Source: Thermoanaerobaculia bacterium
Lineage (GTDB): Bacteria > Acidobacteriota > Thermoanaerobaculia > Multivoradales > UBA5704
Reading direction: 5' to 3'
NCBI GenBank assembly: GCA_044226625.1
Contig: JBGAGQ010000014.1
Span: 32,001 to 96,000 of the forward strand
Length of the DNA stretch: 64,000 nucleotides
Shown: positions 57,770-64,000 of the stretch, one piece after another
How the letters are laid out: every line of letters begins with the position of its first letter
How positions within the stretch are numbered: position 1 is the stretch's first letter
Position numbers and translations under genes: made by a program
Notes under the pieces: model-generated
Database searches by the model: none
Seen by the model: the letters and a program-made list of their open reading frames with translations, nothing else
Told to the model about the DNA's origin: nothing

Positions 57770-59326
57770 TTGGGTACTACAAGGTTTTCGATCACGCCGG
57801 GTCGGATCCGAGGGTGGTTGTACGCGATCCTGGCTGTTCTATGTCCCCTCGGCGGAGCTTCCGCCGCGACCTTTACGGTGACGAACCTCGCCGACGCCGG
57901 ACCGGGAAGCCTTCGTCAGGCGGTTCTCGACGCCAATGGGTCCCCCGGGGCGGACGAGGTGACGTTCGCCGAGGGCGTCTCGGGGACGATCACCCTGACC
58001 ACCAACGAGATCGCGATCTCGGATTCGCTCTCGATCTCGGGTCCCGGTCTGGCCACCCTTTCGATAAGCGGCGGAGATCTCTTCCGGATCTTCTACGTCG
58101 AAAACCCGGCGGCCTCCGCGCCGATCGACGTGGCGTTGTCGGGCTTGACGATCGAGCGGGGTCGGGGTTTGCCGATGCACGACTTGCCGTTTGGTGGGGC
58201 GGTGTATTCGAAAGGCGAGAACCTGACGATCGTCGACAGCGAGATTTCCGAGAGCGTGGCGGAGACGCTCTCTATCGCGAGCCCCGGGTGCGGAGGAAAC
58301 GTGGCCTTGTCCGGTCTCAATGGCGAGACGTTGCATATCGTCAACAGCACGCTCGCGAATGGCAACGTCCTGGGCGGCGGCGGAAACCTCTGTGTCGCCG
58401 ACGGCCGATTGATCCTCGAGCAGAGCACTTTGTCCGAAGGAACGACGAACGGGGGGCAAGGCGGTGGCCTCTACCTGCGATCGTCCGCGGCCGACAACCA
58501 GATCGTGCTCTCGAGCCTCACCGGAAACCTCGGTAGCTCCATCGGTGGGGGGGCCTATGCCGAGCTGGAAGCCTCCGGAGGCTTGACGATCGATCGAAGC
58601 ACGATCTCCTTGAACAACGCCTCCACCTTGGGTGTCGGCGGGGGGATGTACGTTCTCGGCGGCCTCGTGCGAATCGACGGCAGCACGATCTGGGGAAACG
58701 ACGCTCGGGTGGGCGGCGGAATCTTCGTGGACGGTGGCGAGGTGCGGCTCGAAAACAGCACGGTCTCGGGCAACAACGCGCACGAGTCGGGCGGGGGAAT
58801 CTACTTCGACGGCTCCGCCGTCGGCATCCTGCGTTGGACGACGCTCTCCGATAACCGGGCACTGGGCGGAAACGCAAGCCTGGTGGTCGGAAGCCTCGGC
58901 GCTTCGGTCGAGCTGGATCATGCCATCGTGGCGAATGGAGCGACCCTGGATCTCTCTGGGTTTTCAATCGTCGCCAACTACAGCCTGATCGAAAACCCCG
59001 GGCTCGTGACGGTGTTCGGCTCCCATAATCTGACAGGCGTCGACCCGCTCCTTGGGCCGCTCGCGGACAACGGCGGTCCGACCCTTACCCATCAGCCGCT
59101 TCCTGGAAGCCCCGCGCTCGATACCGGCGACCCGGCGATCCCCAGCCCGCCACCGGTCGACCAGCGCGGTTTGCCCCGAATCGTCGGTCCGGCGATCGAT
59201 CGAGGCTCGGTCGAACGAGGACGGGGCGCGGTCGAGGTGCCGACCGCCTCGGGTTGGGGCCTCTTCGCGCTCGTCAGCCTCCTATCGGGTATCGGAGCGC
59301 TCAAGCTGCGTCGTTCCGTCCCATAG
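57770..59326 (+). CDS. Exported beta-helix protein with choice-of-anchor Q domain and IPTL-CTERM-like sorting signal
   Basis: ATFTVTNLADAGPGSLRQAV, GGG/GGA repeats, DPLLGPLADNGGPTLTH...DQRG, terminal VPTASGWGL + TM + KLRR. Confidence 0.88.
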   Translation: MGTTRFSITPGRIRGWLYAILAVLCPLGGASAATFTVTNLADAGPGSLRQAVLDANGSPGADEVTFAEGVSGTITLTTNEIAISDSLSISGPGLATLSISGGDLFRIFYVENPAASAPIDVALSGLTIERGRGLPMHDLPFGGAVYSKGENLTIVDSEISESVAETLSIASPGCGGNVALSGLNGETLHIVNSTLANGNVLGGGGNLCVADGRLILEQSTLSEGTTNGGQGGGLYLRSSAADNQIVLSSLTGNLGSSIGGGAYAELEASGGLTIDRSTISLNNASTLGVGGGMYVLGGLVRIDGSTIWGNDARVGGGIFVDGGEVRLENSTVSGNNAHESGGGIYFDGSAVGILRWTTLSDNRALGGNASLVVGSLGASVELDHAIVANGATLDLSGFSIVANYSLIENPGLVTVFGSHNLTGVDPLLGPLADNGGPTLTHQPLPGSPALDTGDPAIPSPPPVDQRGLPRIVGPAIDRGSVERGRGAVEVPTASGWGLFALVSLLSGIGALKLRRSVP

Positions 59327-59440
59327 TTTCAGCTCTTCCCGAAAAGTCACGGTCCACGTCGGGGCCGTCGGCAAATCGAGCGCTTCGTCCGATCTGGAGC
59401 GGAGCGCGCCGATCCGATCGGCGCACTCCAAGACTCGAGC

Positions 59441-62400
59441 TCATTCGGGGATGGGCAGGCCCAAGGGTACCGATCCCAAGGGGTATCCGGCGGCTGCCAC
59501 GGTCACATCCGGCGGGTAGTAGAGGGTGATCCACTTGAGCAGGTCGGCGTCGTAGACGCGCTCCTTTCGCATCTTCAAGGTCTGGACGAACGGCAGGTTG
59601 GTTCGTCCGACCGGGACGCCGTTCACGCGGACTTCGCCGTCGATCGGCTGATTGTTGAACGCCTCGCGGGCCGTGACCGTGAACGTGGTGGGCATCCCCA
59701 CGGGCGTCGGGAAGGGTTGGATGCTCAGTACCATTCGTGGGGAATAGAACGGCGGCCAAGAGATCGAGCCGTCGTTGTAGCCGCTCGACTTGACGACTCC
59801 GGACGGCGGGTTGCTGCCGAACGCATAGCTGAACGGCGCGTTCGCCGCCGCCACGTCCACACCATCCAGCCAGACGCGCGCCGCCACCGGCGCACCGGAG
59901 ATCGAGTCCACGGCCCGGACGACGACGCTGCTGGTCCGGTTCTTCGGAATGCCGTTCGGTTCGACCGTCGTCTGGAACGTCGCACGGACCAGCGGAAAGG
60001 CGACGGTCTTGACCGGAAAACCAGGCGCCACCGCCCCTCCGCTCGTGCCCATGGCGGTAAAGGTGGTGACGAACGGCGCATTCGTCGAACCGACGTCGAT
60101 TCCTCCCACGATCACGCGGCCGGCGACGGGCGCCCCGGTGCGCGAATCCGAACAGCGCACGGTGACCGCCGTGGCTTGGAAGAGCCGGATCGTCGTCGGC
60201 TCGACGCTCACCGAGAGAGTCGGCTTGTAGAACTGGACGGGAACTCCGGTTTCGGAGTGATCGTCGGCGACGACCGAGAGCTCCGGCATCACTTCGATCG
60301 TGGTGCTCGTGTGCGATTCCGGATCCCATTCGGTGACGAAATGGCTGTCGAATCTGCGCTCTATCGCGACGTCCGTCGCCCCGGCGGCCACGTCGTCGAC
60401 CATCAGCTGCCCGCGGATGGCGCTGCCGTCGAACGAATCCTGGGCGTGGATGGTGACCGTGGTCGAAACGCCAAGGGGGAGGAGAGACGGGGAAGCCGAG
60501 GCCGACATCGGCGTTTCGAACCGCATCGCGTCGGGAACGGCGACGCGGCCCAGAATGTCTTCCACCCAGAGCGAGGTGCCGTGGGCCGCCGCCCCGGTCG
60601 CGGTGCAGAGGCGGCGCAGGAGGTTTCGCTGTTCGGAGGTCGGCAGGAAGGTGTACCTGTGCTCCGAACCGGCCCGTACGAAATTGCCCGCGAATTCGAC
60701 GTCGAGCAACGAAACGACGGTCGCATTCCCGCCCGCCACGGGCACTGGGTCGAACGCGGCGAGATGGACGCGCCAGACGTCCCGCGGCTGGGAAAGCACG
60801 ATCGTGATCGGTGCGGTATCCGCGAGCGGCCAGACGAATCGTACGGTCTCGACGCCGGGCGGAGAGTCGTCCGCGGTGTTCGCGCCGATCGTGACCGAAG
60901 CGTTCACGTTCCCGTGGGCGAGGTTCACCGTCAGCGGACCGAACAGGCCGCTTTCGAAGGGCAACAGCTCGTCGTCCCGCTTGTCCCAATGGAAAGCGAG
61001 CCAGCGATTTCCGCGTCGGAGGATCTTCAACCGGGTCTCTCGGTTGAAGATCGACGGAGGACGCTTGTGCGGCGCTAGCGGCTCGTCGGAAAGGTTCACT
61101 TCGAAGTTGGGGACCCGGAGCGGCGCGCTCCACCAGAACTTCCACGCGCGCAGGGTGAGCTGGTTGTCGACGTCGAGCCACGGGTCGCCTTGGCCGGCGA
61201 GGAGCGCCGCTTCGTCCGCGTCGCTCGCGGGCGTCACCTCGTAATACTGAGCTCTGGAGTCCACGTCGGCGTACACGCCGAAATGGCTGAACCGGTCGGC
61301 CGCCTGGAACACCTCTTCGGGAAGGAATCTCCACGGATGGGAAAAACCGACGCTCGGGGCTTCTCCCGCGACGAGCTCGGGAATCGCCGGCACGAGGCGG
61401 TGGTCGAACGGCAGGTAACGCTGGACATATCGGCCTTGGACGCCGTCTCGATAGCCCTTGAGATGGATCGTCAGGTCCTCCCGCAGGCGAATCGTCTCGG
61501 GATAGACGTTACGTGTTGTGGCGGACGCCGGTGGCAGGATCTCGTCGGCGCCCGTTGCGACGCTGGATTCGGCGGCGGTCGCCGGCAGGGCGCGCCAACG
61601 CCAGGTCGTGTCCATGGAGGAGAAGCTGAAGTTCGTGCTGTAGATCAGCGGTTGCCCGCTGTTTGGAGGGTTACCGGTCACCAGAACGATCTGTCCCGCG
61701 ACGGCGAGACGCGAGTTTGCGGCGATGCGTCCGGCATGGAAAGGGCTCCACCACTTGGCCCTGTCCCAATGAGGATAGAGCTTCTCGGAGCGTCCTTCCT
61801 CGTCCTTCAGATCTTTGACGAGGGCAAACATCAGTCCTTCCGTGTCGGCGGGATCCGCAAGGCGCCAACGCTGGGAAAAATAGGTTTGCTCGTCGATGAG
61901 GAGGAGTGCGTAACGGACCGGTTGCGAAGGCAGCTCGACCAGCAGGTAGAAATTCGACGTTCCGTCGATGAATCCGTCGCCGTCGCGTAGAGGGCCGTTG
62001 AAGAGTCGGTATCCCCAAGAGGCGGTGACGAAGTCGAGCGGCCAGCCGAAGCGCGTTCCGGTAGATAAAGGCTGCAACTCCCCGCCGAACCCCCGCTCGT
62101 ATTGCTGGTGGGCGTGGACGTGGCCGACGGCGATGTCCAGGACTTTGGAAAATTTGATCCCTTTGAGGACCACCGACCCGGCGCCGCCGATGAATTTCGT
62201 CTCGTCTCGGAGCTCGATTCCGGCGGGAGGTGCCGAGATCAGGGGAGCCTCCGACTCGAGCTGCTCGCGGGCCCCGTGGACGATCGCGTCGATGGTGTCG
62301 GTCACCTCGGTCGCCGTTGGATGCCAGTAGGCAAATCCGGGCGCGTGCTCGATCGCTCGAGCGAGGAGATCGAAGCCCAGCATGGCCGGAGAGAACAGCC

Positions 62401-63445
62401 CCAAGGGAGTGCGGCAATCCAGCCGGTGCCAAACTCCGCGCTCGACCTTCACCACCATGAAGTCGCCGACGTTCTTCTCCATGACCCAGCGGAAGGTCGG
62501 AAAGCGCTCGGCATGCGGATGGTCGAAATAGTTGCCGACCAGGTGTGCGACCTTGTCCTGGACGAGGGAGCCCGGTTGGTTGAATTCCGGATCCAGCTTG
62601 AAGTAGTTGCTGGGCACGGCCAGGTCGCCCCCGTCGTCGTCGCCGTGGATGAACGATTCGTCCAGGGTCGCGAAATAGAAGGCGCCCTTTCCCACTTCTT
62701 TGGCGAAAACCCGCCCGCCGCTGGCAGCGATCAAGTCGAATGGCGGCGCCGGATATTTGACGCCTTTCCGAAGCACGTCGTACGAAACCGCCTGCGCGAG
62801 GGTCTGTCGAATGCCGTTCGGATGGGTCGCCACCACGGTGCCGTTCTGGATCTCGAATTCGTAGCGTTTCCCGGTATCGCGGTAGAGAAAGCGTGCTCCC
62901 GACTGGCCCTGGTCCAAGGCGTCGGACGGCGGACCTCCCATGCTCCAGGCTACCGCCCTGTGGCGGGGAACCGAGGGGATGTCCAGTGGATCCGAGGCGG
63001 GCTGGACCGGGTCCAGCATGTAGTTGTGACCGAGGACGCTGCGGAAGATCGGAAGCGCCGGAAAATCCACCACTTCGAACCAGCCGTCGAAGACCTGAAT
63101 CGTGCGGTCTTCCGTAAGGGGCGGCGGCAGCATGCCCGCGACCGCCGCGCCGCGGACGTGCTCGCCCGGGGCGGTGAAAGTGCCGTTTTTCGAGAAGCGC
63201 AGAAAGTCGCCGTCCGGTCCTGCCGCCTGCCAGATCCAGAAGCGCGTGGTTCCCGCGACCTGAATCTGTAAATGCTTGTTGGGGAAGTCGGTCGAGTTGG
63301 GCCAGGGGACCCACATGTCGACCTCGAGGCTCGTTCCCGGCAGTACGTTCACCCCATGTCCCAACGTGTTTTGATTCTCAAGGTTTAACAGCCGGAGGAT
63401 CGACGTGCCGCGATTCTCCAGGCGGTTGATTCGGGTAATGCCCAT
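59441..63445 (-). CDS. Large hypothetical protein (1334 aa) with four C-terminal beta-sandwich-like repeats
   Basis: Long open frame with protein-like composition; ATG 63445 preceded by GAGGAG. The ORF-track extension to 63952 is the antisense of the WYL gene. Confidence 0.85.
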   Translation of the reverse strand: MGITRINRLENRGTSILRLLNLENQNTLGHGVNVLPGTSLEVDMWVPWPNSTDFPNKHLQIQVAGTTRFWIWQAAGPDGDFLRFSKNGTFTAPGEHVRGAAVAGMLPPPLTEDRTIQVFDGWFEVVDFPALPIFRSVLGHNYMLDPVQPASDPLDIPSVPRHRAVAWSMGGPPSDALDQGQSGARFLYRDTGKRYEFEIQNGTVVATHPNGIRQTLAQAVSYDVLRKGVKYPAPPFDLIAASGGRVFAKEVGKGAFYFATLDESFIHGDDDGGDLAVPSNYFKLDPEFNQPGSLVQDKVAHLVGNYFDHPHAERFPTFRWVMEKNVGDFMVVKVERGVWHRLDCRTPLGLFSPAMLGFDLLARAIEHAPGFAYWHPTATEVTDTIDAIVHGAREQLESEAPLISAPPAGIELRDETKFIGGAGSVVLKGIKFSKVLDIAVGHVHAHQQYERGFGGELQPLSTGTRFGWPLDFVTASWGYRLFNGPLRDGDGFIDGTSNFYLLVELPSQPVRYALLLIDEQTYFSQRWRLADPADTEGLMFALVKDLKDEEGRSEKLYPHWDRAKWWSPFHAGRIAANSRLAVAGQIVLVTGNPPNSGQPLIYSTNFSFSSMDTTWRWRALPATAAESSVATGADEILPPASATTRNVYPETIRLREDLTIHLKGYRDGVQGRYVQRYLPFDHRLVPAIPELVAGEAPSVGFSHPWRFLPEEVFQAADRFSHFGVYADVDSRAQYYEVTPASDADEAALLAGQGDPWLDVDNQLTLRAWKFWWSAPLRVPNFEVNLSDEPLAPHKRPPSIFNRETRLKILRRGNRWLAFHWDKRDDELLPFESGLFGPLTVNLAHGNVNASVTIGANTADDSPPGVETVRFVWPLADTAPITIVLSQPRDVWRVHLAAFDPVPVAGGNATVVSLLDVEFAGNFVRAGSEHRYTFLPTSEQRNLLRRLCTATGAAAHGTSLWVEDILGRVAVPDAMRFETPMSASASPSLLPLGVSTTVTIHAQDSFDGSAIRGQLMVDDVAAGATDVAIERRFDSHFVTEWDPESHTSTTIEVMPELSVVADDHSETGVPVQFYKPTLSVSVEPTTIRLFQATAVTVRCSDSRTGAPVAGRVIVGGIDVGSTNAPFVTTFTAMGTSGGAVAPGFPVKTVAFPLVRATFQTTVEPNGIPKNRTSSVVVRAVDSISGAPVAARVWLDGVDVAAANAPFSYAFGSNPPSGVVKSSGYNDGSISWPPFYSPRMVLSIQPFPTPVGMPTTFTVTAREAFNNQPIDGEVRVNGVPVGRTNLPFVQTLKMRKERVYDADLLKWITLYYPPDVTVAAAGYPLGSVPLGLPIPE

Positions 63446-63477
63446 GGCTCGCTCCTCAAGCGACGTTCGAAGAGGGA

Positions 63478-63503
63478 TACGCCGGCTGTGGGGGAGAAGT
63501 TGC
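63478..63503 (-). promoter_or_regulatory. Putative ECF sigma promoter for the large hypothetical gene
   Basis: Minus-strand GCAAC-N17-CGTA about 33 nt upstream of the ATG. Confidence 0.4.
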
Positions 63504-63574
63504 GCAGCTCTTGTCGGCACCTCGGCGAGGGACCGCGGGGGGTGTTTCGTGGTGGTAGGGTTCGTCCCCGCTCC

Positions 63575-64000
63575 ATGCGTCGCGCCGACCGCCTGTTCCG
63601 CCTGCTGCTCCGCCTCCGCCCCGGCCGGGTGGTGACCGCCGCGCGTTTGGCGCGCGAGCTGGAGGTCTCGGAACGGACGGTCTACCGTGACATCGCCGAC
63701 CTCGCCGCGTCCGGTATGCCGATCGAGGGGGAGGCGGGGGTGGGCTACCGGCTGCAGGGGATCGACCTGCCGCCGCTCATGTTCGAGCGCGACGAGGTCG
63801 AGGCGATGGTTCTCGGCGCGCGCGTGGTGGAAGGCTGGGGAGACGAGCGGCTCGCCCAGGCGGCGACCGAGGCGCTCGCGAAGATCCAGGCGGTCCTGCC
63901 GCGTGGGCGCTCCCACCTGATCGATGAGACCCGGCTGTTTGCGCCGGTCCACGGCCGACGCCCCGCCGAGCGGCTGCCGCTCTCGGTGTTTCGCTTGGCC
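63575..64000 (+). CDS. YafY-family HTH/WYL transcriptional regulator (truncated by the window end; absent from the ORF track)
   Basis: MRRADRLFRLLLRLRPGRVVTAARLARELEVSERTVYRDIADLAASGMPIEGEAGVGYRL...LPPLMF..DEVEAMVLG. The WYL domain itself would lie past the edge. Confidence 0.92.
   Translation, partial: MRRADRLFRLLLRLRPGRVVTAARLARELEVSERTVYRDIADLAASGMPIEGEAGVGYRLQGIDLPPLMFERDEVEAMVLGARVVEGWGDERLAQAATEALAKIQAVLPRGRSHLIDETRLFAPVHGRRPAERLPLSVFRLA

Noticed and set aside
63446-63952. N-terminal 169 aa of the 1503-aa ORF in the track
   Set aside because: It is the antisense shadow of the YafY/WYL gene. The real start is ATG 63445 with a GAGGAG RBS.

Overview
High-GC bacterial chromosomal DNA from a diderm, LPS-producing organism. 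The gene mix (Oar-like TonB receptor, YfhO protein, MglA GTPase, ZAS-TPR protein, IPTL-CTERM protein) suggests Acidobacteriota, probably Thermoanaerobaculia; this is an inference. Core blocks: kdsB-pyrG-kdsA-kdsD-kdsC-lpxL, phnP-like-aroA, an mglA-like-nrdR-hsp20-lon-thiL operon divergent from hrcA-grpE-dnaK-dnaJ, a uvrA paralogue, and sseA-sufE. Accessory genes: Tat amino-acid oxidase plus sulfatase, Uma2 nuclease, OmpA, DUF885, TonB receptor plus Cys-rich hydrolase lipoprotein, AAA_14/DUF4143 ATPase, a BlaI/M56/AmpC-like module with visible operators, a giant TPR sigma-54 activator, and FHA-MauE-thioredoxin. I saw no rRNA, tRNA, CRISPR array, transposase or integrase. Best leads for something undescribed: (1) a 1334-aa orphan with four C-terminal repeats, divergent from a WYL/YafY regulator; (2) a nucleoid-protein-like gene combining an H1-like tail, two MerR-like HTHs, an AT-hook and a coiled coil; (3) a ~240-nt rod-shaped, G.U-supported candidate RNA after aroA; (4) an orphan MglA with a Pro/Ala linker and an unknown C-terminal domain. 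All family calls come from motifs recognised by eye; no searches were run.
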